DNA of 61,791 nucleotides, filler included, from Globobulimina sp. (Eukaryota): the NCBI GenBank assembly GCA_003354225.1. It is 21 parts of 21 records of this genome, joined end to end, with 100 filler letters (N's around TTAATTAATTAA, not from the genome) between each part and the next. Parts side by side here need not be neighbours in the genome. Positions count along the whole stretch, not along the records: positions 35,377 to 38,223 come from PIVH01004640.1; positions 38,324 to 41,170 come from PIVH01004641.1; positions 41,271 to 44,116 come from PIVH01004642.1; positions 44,217 to 47,062 come from PIVH01004643.1; positions 47,163 to 50,008 come from PIVH01004644.1; 16 more parts are not named here. One strand, given 5' to 3'. The position numbers were made by a program, and so were the translations under genes. The notes beneath the pieces are model-generated. The model saw only the letters and a program-made list of their open reading frames with translations. It was not told the origin of the DNA and did no database searches. Position 1 is the first letter of the stretch. Each line of letters starts with the position of its first letter. Shown here in pieces: positions 35,377-47,374 of the stretch.

Positions 35377-36336
35377 AAAACACAAGAGATCGAAGTTAAT
35401 AAAGCTGTTCTTGTATTAACATTATTTTGTTTGTCAGTCCATTTGTTACAAAATTTGACGTCGCCAATATTATATTATTATATGTGGATTTCGTTTGATG
35501 TGAAAGCCTATAAAGTGTTGATGGTATGGGATATGTGGTGGTGTGCCACGCGAATAAGTATTTATGCACTCTTTGTATATCGTTTTTTTTTGATATTTCG
35601 CGCTCAAGAAATAATATATTCCATTTCCAATTGCTACAAACGAACATTATTTGCTCTTTTTGCGTTGATTATGAGCGTACAATGCAGCTTCTATATATTT
35701 TATATGATTGTATTTTACAGCGAAGAGATGGGCAATGTCTACACCGATTCGACATTCTCGAGAAGCTGGAAAAATGTCTATTGGGCCTTCTTAGCACTTG
35801 ATATTTGTTTTATTGCTTTAATGGGATTTTTAGTGAGCAAATCTATTTTAACTATGATTGTTGATATGAATAATTTAAAAATATCCAAAAAAACTACCAT
35901 AATTACATCCGGCACATCAGGTTCGAACAAAATAGAATGTGAATTAGCAGATTATGTGGGAAATACAGCTGATGGCTCATCTGATATAGAACTCGAAGTA
36001 TCAGCGAGTTCTGCAGATAATGATACAATGCGAATTCGAACAGAGGTAGGAAGTGATTTGGTTATGGTGGCTACGAAAATTGCATTATTAATATGTGTAT
36101 CAATGATATCTTCGTTTCTGTATCAATTTATTTGGATGCTTTCCTATGAGTTTGGCAACTTCCATTTGTTGTTGTTCTCTTATACGTGGAGTTTAGATGG
36201 CGTCACAAATATGATTTGTATATATTTATCAATGGGTTTAGCTACAAAACATTATGACAAATTTTGCATTGGTTTTTGTAAGTGTCATCAATGCGCATTA
36301 AGATGTATTAAAAAGGTGTCCAATGTTCAAAATTAA
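35377..36336 (+). CDS. 7TM (GPCR-like) membrane protein, 5'-partial
   Basis: Multiple TM helices, and DGVTNMICIYLSM plus a Cys-rich tail, the same architecture as 21106-22353. Confidence 0.65.
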   Translation, partial: KTQEIEVNKAVLVLTLFCLSVHLLQNLTSPILYYYMWISFDVKAYKVLMVWDMWWCATRISIYALFVYRFFLIFRAQEIIYSISNCYKRTLFALFALIMSVQCSFYIFYMIVFYSEEMGNVYTDSTFSRSWKNVYWAFLALDICFIALMGFLVSKSILTMIVDMNNLKISKKTTIITSGTSGSNKIECELADYVGNTADGSSDIELEVSASSADNDTMRIRTEVGSDLVMVATKIALLICVSMISSFLYQFIWMLSYEFGNFHLLLFSYTWSLDGVTNMICIYLSMGLATKHYDKFCIGFCKCHQCALRCIKKVSNVQN

Positions 36337-36636
36337 ACGCATAAACTGTAGTTTTTGTTTTTTTGTTTTTTTGTTAGCAGTTTAATTTTAAACTAGTTTA
36401 TGTTTGTATATGTTTAATGCAACAAATAATTTGTAAAAAAATATTTATTTTCTCTTTGTTGTTTGTTATTATACATTTGTACATATACTGTTGTTTGTTG
36501 TTAAATTCTCATTCTTCGCAAAACTGAGTTAATAAAGTTCAAGTTCCCGAGAAATAGTAGCCTCTGAAAGTTGACTTCGTTATCGGTATAAATCTAAGCA
36601 AACGCAATCAATCAATAAATGAATGTTTTAATCTTT

Positions 36637-38017
36637 TTAGCAATCATTTTGTGTCAAACTTTGCTGAAAATCATCTCTTACATTATACACTTTATCACAC
36701 AAACTCAGATATTGCGCACATTGTTTCTTTTGTTGGTGTTTATTGAGATTATGATAGGGATTAATAGCCGGTCTGTTCAGTTGCGAGTTGTGTTGCAATG
36801 CAATTTCAAATGATTGGCGAAACTCTGTTCTTTGTTCATAGATCAAACCATGAATTACACGCGAAATCTCTTGCAATTTGTTTACGGATTTACTGATATT
36901 GCATTCTAACACAAATCCGTCATACAATGCATTCTCACGCAATGCCACACATTCTCCGTGTCGAGATTTAAAAAGTTGCCATCTTTCTTGTGCTAAGGAC
37001 GCGCAAATCTGATTAAATTTAATTTTGTCTTTGTTGCTCGGATTATGCTCATTTAATATCTTCTCAACCTCAAAATGTTTATTATTTGTTAGCAATGGAT
37101 CGTTCAACACGTCTTTGGCAATATGGCGCCGCTTATTTCTTCTCCGAATAACATTCCATTTGCTTCGTCCATCGGTGATTATGCCATACACATATTTCAT
37201 ATTTATTCCATCGCCACATAAATCAATGTCTAATTCCTCCAATTTCACCAATAAGCGACTGACGCAGTTTTGTGTATCGTTTACAACAAAAATGAGCATT
37301 ATGCAATAGCCAGAAGCCATATTTCCAATCTTTATCTCATTGCAAATAATGCCATTCAATGCATCATTGCTATTAATTCCATTTATTCCTGGTTTCAATG
37401 CCAAATATTCGACATTCAAATTGCATTTCCCGCCATGAAGAATTAGTATCGACTCCAAAAATGAGTGAATGTGGCCGTAGCGAGTCAATAATGAACCGAT
37501 CCGCTTATCGAACACCAATCCGCTGCCAACCATCTTCTTTCTGATCTAAATATTATTAATTCCAATCCCTACAAACATATATATCAAATATAATAAATTT
37601 AATATGCTTAACATGCAGCAAAGCGCCGTCCGGGAGCTGTTTGGCTGTGATTATAGCATCGGTCAAATGTTTTATTTGTGGGTTTAAGCAATATCTCGCA
37701 AATACTAATAAGCGATGCGATGTCCATGGAATGCAATGAATATGTGCCAAATCATAGGAATCCCTCATTTTTGGTGCTGTTCTCAGAATATTGCTATCAT
37801 TCTCATTTCGTGCTCGTTTGGCTGATGGTTGATATCGCAAATTTGTCTCTGGAATGTAATCTGTTGACCGTTGTTTTCGTTTCCTTGCATTTGGAGTGTC
37901 ATATATTTGCTGCGTTGCTGTTATACTTTGTAATGGCGGCGATTGTGAGGCTGCAATGTGGTGGTTATGATTATCAGTATTTCTTCTCCGATTAATTGGT
38001 AAATGTGATATCATCAA
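36637..38017 (-). CDS. Hypothetical protein, probably multi-exon
   Basis: Two consecutive minus-strand ORFs (153 and 298 aa) separated by a short AT-rich intron-like gap. No family recognised. Confidence 0.4.
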
Positions 38018-38323
38018 ACCATTATCTATTAGAAATATAAAAAAAAAAGAGATTTTTGAGTGAAAGTAATCAGTACAAACTTAACCATTTTGTGTTAAGT
38101 CAATGTAATCCGTCGAATAATTTAAGCGATGGTTGAAGTGTGATTTTTTAATTGGTGGCGAATGATGTCTGTGACGATAAGATATGCGTTGTTGGCATGG
38201 ACGAGGCGGAGGCGGTGCTGCTGNNNNNNNNNNNNNNNNNNNNNNNNNNNNNNNNNNNNNNNNNNNNTTAATTAATTAANNNNNNNNNNNNNNNNNNNNN
38301 NNNNNNNNNNNNNNNNNNNNNNN

Positions 38324-38935
38324 AAGCTAAAAAATACTATTTCTTCTTTCACAATCAAGTAATAAAATGATTTCTGTTTAAAAATATAATTATTTGGTTT
38401 GGATTTGGCGTATAATAATTTTGAGGTAATCGTTTTATTTAATCTATTTAAATGATTTTTGGTGAATGGGAGAGCTTAATTGCATGGATCTGATTTATTT
38501 CGCCGTTTACAAAAATCAATAATGCTCATTAAAGCTGGGTTATCTGACCATGACGTTGGAGTCATAGCCATTTTATTATAATGATCAACAGCAGTTAGTT
38601 TGTAACGAATTGTGCTGTAACAATTTGGTTTCGGTTGAACTAAAGCCCAATGAATAATACATACAACTAAGTTGATATTTGGTGTTGGGAAACGTAATAT
38701 TTCTTCTTTGGAGAATCCACATTTGGTCAATGTATTGCAATAAACGAAGAAATTTGACTTGTAAGTGCCTCCCGTTGAGTCTTTGACCCCTCGATCTAAC
38801 ATACGTTCCAATCCTGAGGCGTGTAATGGTAATCTCTCCCAAACATTGTGATTATAGATATTATTGGTAAAGCGACCTGAAAATAGTAAACAGAAATGAA
38901 TATATGGTAATTGATAACAATGTACATGCAATCAT
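38324..38935 (-). mobile_element. Tyrosine recombinase N-terminal region of a DIRS/Ngaro-type element, with an in-frame TAA, 3'-partial
   Basis: GVKDSTGGTYKS and YSTIRYKLTAVDHY resemble the YR core-binding domain. After one TAA (38476-38478) the frame continues ALPFTKNHLNRL... open to the contig edge. It lies directly downstream of RT-RNaseH. Confidence 0.6.
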
Positions 38936-40812
38936 AGAAATGATAAGTCCGGATAGGACAACTTCGTTGGTCTGTGATCAATTTGTATATTATGAATATG
39001 ACAATATGTGATAAAATCATGTATTCCAAAGCGAGATAAAGCATCTGCTAAAATATTATCCTTTGTGTTGATATAATGAATTTTTGCTTTGATACGATTT
39101 TCAAAACAAAACCAGCAAACCCAACGTATGCAATCCATTAAAAATACATCATTCGTGTTTTTGCTGATAAAAATTCCCTCACAATGTTTGTTATCACAAC
39201 GCAAAATCAAATGGGAATGTGGTTTAAAATGATGTTTGAATGAATGTAAGGCAGCAACAATAGCCAACGCCTCAAAATGTGCGATTCTTTGTTCTTGTGA
39301 GTGAATAATGCATTTATTATCACTTAGAAATTTATGATAAAATTCTAAATATGCTCCAGGGACTTTGTCAAAACCCCAATGACCTTCAAAGAATGCGCCA
39401 ATCCCTGGGTTCCAATTAGGATTCTCACCATTTGTGGCACCATCAGTATATAGGATGTATTCACATTTTTGTGATCTGCCAATCACATCATACACGCTTA
39501 CGCGGTCACATTTGTATGCGTACAAAATCCAGAAACGCGCATCTTTTACATCGTGATCTAAAAAATGTATAGGAGCTACTTCTTCGCCATGGATTTGTTT
39601 ATGATTTGTTAATTTTAATCTGAATCGACGTAGGAATGCAGTTCCTGGCCACATGAGAGCTGCCATCCATGTTAAAGAGCCTAATAATGATTCAAATACA
39701 TCACTCATAATCATTTTGTAACATATGATGATGATTAGAGTCAATAATACTTTCTTTTTCTTCTTCGGGCCAGGTCCTACAGTCATTTCTGCTGAGTCAT
39801 AGATTAAACCACAAATTTCCATGACCCACGAGATAAGACAGCGTTTTTCAGGTTGTTCAATATAACCACATTGATGTAGATAATTAAAAAATAAATTCAT
39901 TAAATCAGATTCTCGGATTCGATTTGATAGAGGATTGGATTTGATGAAACCAACATGGTCATCAATGTAAACCAAGTTGGAAATATCTTCTCCTTTCAAT
40001 AGAAATTGTTGTACCCAATGTTTAAATGATTTGATTAATACATTGCCAAAATCTTGAGTGTGTTTTGAGGCAGATTTAGTTCCATAAATATCACGAGTAT
40101 CACAGAATGATTTATTCATGAATTTGTACCCCATGTATTTCCAATCTAATTTGGACATTCCTAATTGTCGAAAGGCGTCGCTTCCGTCAGTTTTGAACAT
40201 TAGGCACCATCGACCTGATTTAATTAACTGTAAACAGAAAGCTTTGCAGAGTGGTACTTGCATTTTATAATTAATCGGTGGAATAAGTTCGTTAATGTTA
40301 TATGTCCAATATGAGGAGAATGAGGCATGACGACAAATGCGTGCTTTTCCATATAATTGTGTCCACAAAGTGAGTCTCCCACCGGTTTTCTTGTCAACTG
40401 CTACAATTTCAATGTAGTTTTCAATTGCTACGTCACCTAAAAGTACTTTGGTGAGACCGATTTTTCCCACTTCAATTTGTTCTGCAAAGTTCTTTCCTAT
40501 TTCAATTTTTTCTAAAATATCTAAATCTTGCATGGAGCGGATTGTCTGATTCATCGGAAGGCCGTTCTGAACGAGACCTAAGTTCCAACCATGACGTAAA
40601 TGATTGATAGTATGATAAATTAAAGTGCGTAGTGTGTGATTTGATGGATGCGTTGCATTGTATAAGTTGTTGAATCTGCTTATTATGAAATCTTTGTGTG
40701 GGGATTGTGCGTATTTCGGTTTGATGTATTTGAATGATGATAATGCATTATTTACTCTGTGTTGAACTAAATCCCATAAGAAGTTGTTCCAAATCGTGGG
40801 ATTGGTATACAA
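38932..40812 (-). mobile_element. Reverse transcriptase-RNase H (pol) of a DIRS/Ngaro-type retrotransposon
   Basis: RT motifs KARICRHASF..NINELI, KTDGSDAFRQL, YGTKSA, VYIDDH and ICGLIYDS. RNase H motifs YTDGA, GIGAF, IAHFEALAI, RCDN and NILADALSR. No protease or DDE integrase. Confidence 0.9.
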
Positions 40813-41270
40813 TTCTATTAAAATTACATGTACATTGAATGTGTAAAATAGGATAGTATTTGATACGAATAAATTGTTTAAATTTACTATTTGACTGAAC
40901 CGACAAATGACATTTATTTTCCTTTCTCACTGCAAAAAGTGGATAAAATGCCATACCCAAATTATTGTTTGTTTATCATGATAAATATGACGGATATTTA
41001 TTAGATAATGGAGCAAAATCAGACCCCAAGTATTGAACAAATCAGATCAATACCAAATCTGTGGTAATGATACATGTGAATGATAGATGACGTGGGGATT
41101 ATAACCATAATCCGTTGAAATATATACTACGGAATGTACTCGGTGACATTTGTGTATCTTAAACCTGTTTNNNNNNNNNNNNNNNNNNNNNNNNNNNNNN
41201 NNNNNNNNNNNNNNTTAATTAATTAANNNNNNNNNNNNNNNNNNNNNNNNNNNNNNNNNNNNNNNNNNNN

Positions 41271-42490
41271 ATGGATACACTCCTTTCTCTAAACATCTCC
41301 AATATTTTTCAAATGTGTCCTGTTGAGCTCTATCCACACCACACGGATCCATTGCATTTGCATTTTGTAGCGGCAATGCATCAAAATCACCCAACAAACA
41401 GTCTTCAATATATTTTGGAACACTCCACATATTCCCAGTTCCAGTGACCAAATAATCACCAATTATACTCGCAATATGCCACATTGATACACCTCGATAA
41501 ATATATGGATGCGATACATTAATATTCTTTTCATCAAAGCCAAATTTGCCATTATCAATAGAATACCATTTATGTATTATAGCTCCAGTGCTTGTATCCA
41601 ACTTAAACATTTTACCTCTTGTAACTGCCACCATATCGGTGCTATGACTGTGATTTCTGGCGGAACTGACAGCCATTCCACCATAAGCATAGCCACCATC
41701 CACCACAAAACCGTTCATTTTGCATCTATAACTTTCAATGCCTTCGCCCAAAATTGTTTTCCATAATAAACTGCCGTCCCTTGAATGCAATGCAATGGCA
41801 AAGCACGGATCGAATGCTCGACGCGAATCTAAATGATACGTTGGAGCACCAAATATAATGCCTTTTTGGCCACGAGAGTTTTTAAATAATGTTGCAACAT
41901 GTCTGTGTTATATTATTTGTATATAATTGTGGCAGTATAAAAGAGGGAAGATAGGACCTGAAAAGTATATTATTTTTTGAGCTGTCATGACCAATTAGTT
42001 CGGCAATGTTTACACTCCAAATGTTGCTACAATCACTTAAATTAATTTTCAACGCATTTTCTCCATTGGTAATATATGCATTATTTTCATCGTCAACTGT
42101 TATATATCCTACATTTTCCACACCGTTTTCAATAATTTGTGTACACACTACCGAGAGATTGCCGACATTTTCTTCATTGATTAACACATTGGCTTCATCC
42201 GGAGCAGTTTGCTGATTTTTGGCGCCACCACCATATGATGACCATTTCCCAAACGTGCCTGGTTTGTCATGTTTCGACTTATTTTCAAATGGATTCGTAA
42301 TAATGCCAGTTGCGATTAATACGGATATAAAGACAATTACAACAATTATCACGATTAAAAGTGATATTAAAACCATGTGTTTTTGACGACATTTATTTAT
42401 TTTATTTAACTTTATAGTTCCATTACCGGCATAGTGCTCATTTGGTGACTTTTCAAAAAGTGCAGTTTTATCTGTTTCCAACGATGCCAT
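41271..42490 (-). CDS. Membrane-anchored PQQ-type beta-propeller protein (PVA-dehydrogenase-like), 3'-partial
   Basis: N-terminal TM helix, then WSSYGGGAKNQ...INEENVGNL, RDGSLLWKT, GKMFKLDTSTGAI..KW and GVSMW...VTGTGN. A short intron lies near 41900-41960. Confidence 0.6.
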
Positions 42491-42847
42491 AGCAAATTGA
42501 CTAGTGCTAACTAACTTTTTTCTAAGTACTAATACTTAAAACTTCGAAAAGCATTAGAAATTTTTTGAAAATATTGAATTAAACATTTTGAATCTTGCAA
42601 ATTAACAGTCTAAATGATAATAATTGAACTAAATTGATATTGAAATTAATTGTTGAAATTACGCATTTACAATTTTCAAATTATCACAGCGTTACTTATC
42701 CAGGGTAGACGTCACTAGACGAGAATATACATTTGTTTCAATGACCAAAACACAGTGACACTGACACTAACTTTATAATTCTGTGCGCTTGAAATAAATA
42801 AATAAATTTGAAATTTATTGGAAACCAAAAAAAAAAGCATAATCATA

Positions 42848-44116
42848 TTATTTGAATAATGTCTGTCTATGTTGCATATGTAACTGAGACATAGCTTTCA
42901 ATCCCCCCATTTCTCTTATTTTATCTCTTAAATCCTCATCAAATGTGGCCAATTGAGCCATACATGTAACACTATTCTGTATGATTGAAACATGTTCGTT
43001 GGTAAACAACGCCATTAAATCTTTTAATTTCTTTTTTGAATGTTTTTTGATTATTTTTTTTAAAAACGGTTTGTTTTTCTCATTTAACTTTGCATAAATT
43101 ATGAACTGTTTTAATAATAATGGCGCATTTGCCAAAACATGCGGATCCTCGCAATATTTGATGTATTTGAATATATTATTATACTGTTTCTGTAATAAAA
43201 CATCAATAATTCGATTCTCTGCATACGTTCCACAGTTTGAATAGTTTCCATTATTTCGATCATTATTTTTTTTTAGCTCATGTCCAACAATATCAATTTT
43301 CCCATCATCTTCACCCTCATCATCCGACTTATTCTCATTGTGTTTATTAATATTTTTTCTTTTCTTATCGTCCGGCAATCTTCGTCTTATCCATCGTGTT
43401 ATGATTCGAATGCATCCGCTTTGGGCATCTACCTCCATATAATCCCAATTATCATCATTTATATTTTTATTTTGGTTATTTTTGTTATTATACGTTACAT
43501 TGAAATTAGTTTTATGATCTTTGTCCCGTCGAAGCACCAATGCATTATTATTCTGATTCATTTTATTTATTTTGCTTTGTTTGTTGTGTTTATTGTGTTT
43601 TTTATGATTATTTCTATGTCTTCCACGCCGATTATTGTTCCTTTTTGTTCCTTTGTTGCTATGATTGCTATTCTTTGCCTCTTTTTGCTCTTTTTCTTGT
43701 TCAAAGGTCAAATCATTTCCATTATTTTTGATAAAGGATCGCCGATTAATAATATCGGTGATAAAGGTCCAAAATGCCGGCAACAATGGATTACTATTTG
43801 ACGACATGGAGGATAACAATGTGCCACTTTGTTGATTATATTTTTCAATGATTTTATCAAATTTTTTATTATTTGATATCTGGTCGAAATAATTAATAAT
43901 ATGGTCCCTCGCTAACGATAATATATGAGCGTACTGTATATTTTTATAGTCAATATATCGAACATAGGGCAACAAATCAAATAATATCTCATGGATCTCT
44001 AACTGCAACAGCAGCGGATGTAATATTGGATGATGCGACAACGACATAAAAACTGTGATTACTTTTCCAATTTGAGCGATATTCAATTGATGTTTCTCAC
44101 ACAATTTGGATAAAAC
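42848..44116 (-). CDS. ARM/HEAT-repeat protein C-terminal part, 5'-partial
   Basis: Helical repeats ending NSVTCMAQLAT...LRDKIREMGGLKAMSQL, with Asn/Lys-rich inserts. Confidence 0.55.
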   Translation of the reverse strand, partial: VLSKLCEKHQLNIAQIGKVITVFMSLSHHPILHPLLLQLEIHEILFDLLPYVRYIDYKNIQYAHILSLARDHIINYFDQISNNKKFDKIIEKYNQQSGTLLSSMSSNSNPLLPAFWTFITDIINRRSFIKNNGNDLTFEQEKEQKEAKNSNHSNKGTKRNNNRRGRHRNNHKKHNKHNKQSKINKMNQNNNALVLRRDKDHKTNFNVTYNNKNNQNKNINDDNWDYMEVDAQSGCIRIITRWIRRRLPDDKKRKNINKHNENKSDDEGEDDGKIDIVGHELKKNNDRNNGNYSNCGTYAENRIIDVLLQKQYNNIFKYIKYCEDPHVLANAPLLLKQFIIYAKLNEKNKPFLKKIIKKHSKKKLKDLMALFTNEHVSIIQNSVTCMAQLATFDEDLRDKIREMGGLKAMSQLHMQHRQTLFK

Positions 44117-44519
44117 NNNNNNNNNNNNNNNNNNNNNNNNNNNNNNNNNNNNNNNNNNNNTTAATTAATTAANNNNNNNNNNNNNNNNNNNNNNNNNNNN
44201 NNNNNNNNNNNNNNNNACAAACACAACATTCTTTATATAAATATATTTCCCTAAATCATTCATATCCCGATCTCCTTCATTCGAACTTGTATCATACTGC
44301 GCTTCGTATGCATCAATATAGCTTGCGCGACTTGAGCGAGTTTGCATTGTTTTTTAAAGTTGATGCTAAAGTATTTATAATCTTTTTTAAAGTTGATGCT
44401 AAAAATCTTTTTAAGAATTTATAATTATGACAATTAATCGATCGCGACTCTCCCCTAATATCTAAAGGAAGCGATCTATTGAGAAATTTAAAAATATGAA
44501 AAAAAATATGACTAAAGCA

Positions 44520-46075
44520 TTAATCATATTGTAATAAATAACAAAAAACACCCAAAAATACTGCGTATGCAGCGAATAATCCAGCACCAATCGTTTTATT
44601 TAAAACTAAGCCATAACAAAACATGGCAACCATAAATATTGCTAATAATACAAACAACGCAGCAATAAATAATTCAAATCCTTCATCTCTTTCGACAGCA
44701 ATTGAATTAAACCCTGACATCATTGATTTGAATAAGAAGGATAATCCAATACAAATATTTATGTCAAACACGTTTGATCCTAAAGCATTGGACACGGCCA
44801 TCTCGCCTTTGCCCTGTTTTGCTGCCAATACAGAGCTAAAACAATCGGGCAAAGAACTACCGATTGCGAGTAAAGTTAAACCCATCACATCTTCACTGAT
44901 TTTTAGACAATTTCCCATTTTCTCTGCGGCGTCGACACAAATAAATGTTAAGAAAGCTAACCATATTAACACCAAAATAAAGGATAATAATAACATTGGT
45001 GTGGCTGAATCGTGCTTTGTCCTCGGAATCGTATATTTAAATGCAAAGTGAAATGGAAATAAAAATTTATCAAAATATCCGCGACATTTTCCTTTCCTTT
45101 CGTCACTGTGATGGCTATGAATATGAATATGATGCTCTTCTTCCAATTCTTCCTCTTCCTCTTCTTTTGCATCGTGTTTGTATTCATCGTTTGGCGCTTT
45201 TTTAAATATTCGTAACTTATTTTGCTTTTTCTTAAATTCTTTATTTAATTCTTGAGTGTCAATCTCCTCAATCTCCATTGCTATAAACTTGTTATTAATG
45301 TTGTTGATATTATCGATTTGATTGTAGTTATTATCATCATTTTCATCATAATCCGAATAATCGGAAATATTTAATAAAGAAGAACTACTTCGCTTCTTTT
45401 CTTTTAATTGTTCGTATAAGATTTCTTCGGCATTATTTAATCCCATCTTCGTCATTAAATTTATGCATAATTTTACCACTTTGTTATTATAAATCAAAAC
45501 TATTATATATCCAAACCAACTTAAGACTAAAGTCAATGACTCGCCCCATTGAATTACACCTATATATATATATTAATTAATATCATATCATCGCATTTTC
45601 GCAGTACAGTACCTGGCGTTATTACCTCCCAAAATAGATACAACTGAATAACAGCAACCGCGTAAAAAAAGCAATCTCTCATAAATGGATATCCCCTGAT
45701 CGGTAATCCGAGATAACCACTGAAAAATATTGACGCTCCAATAATAACACACATATTAAAGGCAGCAGAGGCACAGTTTGTGGATGGTCCGGGATTCTCA
45801 GCGGCATAGAAAAACACACCAATCAATGCAGTAAATAATTCAGGCGCCGATGAGCCTGCCGCCATTAATGTTGCCCCGGCCACATCTTCGCTCATATTTA
45901 AACGTTGGGATATTGCTATTAATATCGGAACAAAATATATCTCGCACAACACATACAATCCGATGAACAAATATATTATTAGTAATGTCCACAATATTAA
46001 ACCCCAATATCCTAAATGTGAACTTGACGCACAGTCATCTGCACCGTCAATATACTCAATTAAAGAAAACGCCAT
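44520..46075 (-). CDS. K+-dependent Na+/Ca2+ exchanger (NCKX/SLC24-like), 2 exons
   Basis: Alpha-1 repeat SEDVAGATLMAAGSSAPELF and alpha-2 repeat GLTLLAIGSSLPDCFSS...GEMAVSNALGSNVFDI. Intron at about 45560-45612. Confidence 0.9.
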
Positions 46076-46253
46076 GGTCCAAACTAGTTGAGCTAGCTTT
46101 TACTAACGCAGTTTATTTTCTGTCACATAAAAATCTGAATGACTAGCTTGCACAAAAACAAGTAATTACAATTTATCAATTCCAAATACTTAATTAATAC
46201 TAGAACATTCCCTTAACAGTTGTAACTTATATATAACCATTTTTTTGATATTT

Positions 46254-46487
46254 CTAGAATTTTCGACCAAGTTTTTCAAAATGATCTCTCCATCGTTGTT
46301 CCAATAATTTATTGTCTAAATATTCAACAATTATTTTTTCACGATCTGTCAGCTGTTGATATTTGTTATTTAAAATCCAATCATTCTTTGCGTTCTTATA
46401 ATAATGATAGAGAACAAATGAAAATCCAATTCCACCAAATAACTGAGTGGCAAATTTCCAACCAGATAAGGGAAGTTGTGAAGGCAT
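46254..46487 (-). CDS. Small single-TM protein
   Basis: 77-aa ORF with one hydrophobic helix, on the same strand as both neighbours. Confidence 0.4.
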   Translation of the reverse strand: MPSQLPLSGWKFATQLFGGIGFSFVLYHYYKNAKNDWILNNKYQQLTDREKIIVEYLDNKLLEQRWRDHFEKLGRKF

Positions 46488-46553
46488 GTGATGTTTACAT
46501 TAAAAGTGCAGAAAAGGAAAACTCAAAGTGACGTACAAGTACAACAGTTAATT

Positions 46554-47024
46554 TTACAATATATCATCAATTAGCATCATTCTCTTAAATTCATTGAAAT
46601 TGATGCATCCGTCGCCACTTTGATCGGCTTCATATATCATATCTTTTACATCGTTATCAGTTAAGTTTTCCCCTAAGGATAGCATCACTTCTTTTAGTTC
46701 TTTTGCTGATATTTTTCCATCTTCATTTTTATCAAACAAATCAAATGCTTGCTTTATTTCGTCATCAGTCGAACGTTGTTCTAACTGCGCTTGCATCATT
46801 GTTTTAAAATCTTTATAATTTATAGCTCCCGAACCATTTTTATCAACCCGCGAAATCATTTTTTGTAGTTCTTTTTCTGATAATTTTTGCCCCAATTTCT
46901 CCATTACTTTCCCGAGTTCAGTAACTGTGATTTTCCCATCTTTATCATGATCAAACATTCCAAATGCCTCTTTCAATTCTTCTTCAATTTCAAATCTAAC
47001 GACTTCTTTCTCAGGCTGTGCCAT
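46554..47024 (-). CDS. Calmodulin-like protein (4 EF-hands)
   Basis: EF loops DHDKDGKITVTE, DKNGSGAINYKD, DKNEDGKISAKE and DQSGDGCINFNE. Confidence 0.92.
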   Translation of the reverse strand: MAQPEKEVVRFEIEEELKEAFGMFDHDKDGKITVTELGKVMEKLGQKLSEKELQKMISRVDKNGSGAINYKDFKTMMQAQLEQRSTDDEIKQAFDLFDKNEDGKISAKELKEVMLSLGENLTDNDVKDMIYEADQSGDGCINFNEFKRMMLIDDIL

Positions 47025-47374
47025 TCCTTTTTTTTACTTAATTTTATCTTTTATCTTTTTACNNNNNNNNNNNNNNNNNNNNNNNNNNNNNNNNNNNNNN
47101 NNNNNNTTAATTAATTAANNNNNNNNNNNNNNNNNNNNNNNNNNNNNNNNNNNNNNNNNNNNCCACCTAAATTACAAACAAATCAGACAAAAGAAACAAT
47201 CACTCGAGTAAAACTGACAACCCGACGCAAAAAAAAGAAAAACTCACACAAAGAAAACCCTCCAAAAAAAAATATCCGAAAAAACACAAAAAAAAAAAAA
47301 AATCCAAAAAAAAAAAAGGAAAAAATCAGTCAAAAAAAGGCAAAAATACAATCAAAAAAGCAAAAAAACGTTCA

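Noticed and set aside
36637-37533. Possible transposase (GIITDG motif)
   Set aside because: No further DDE-family motifs could be identified.
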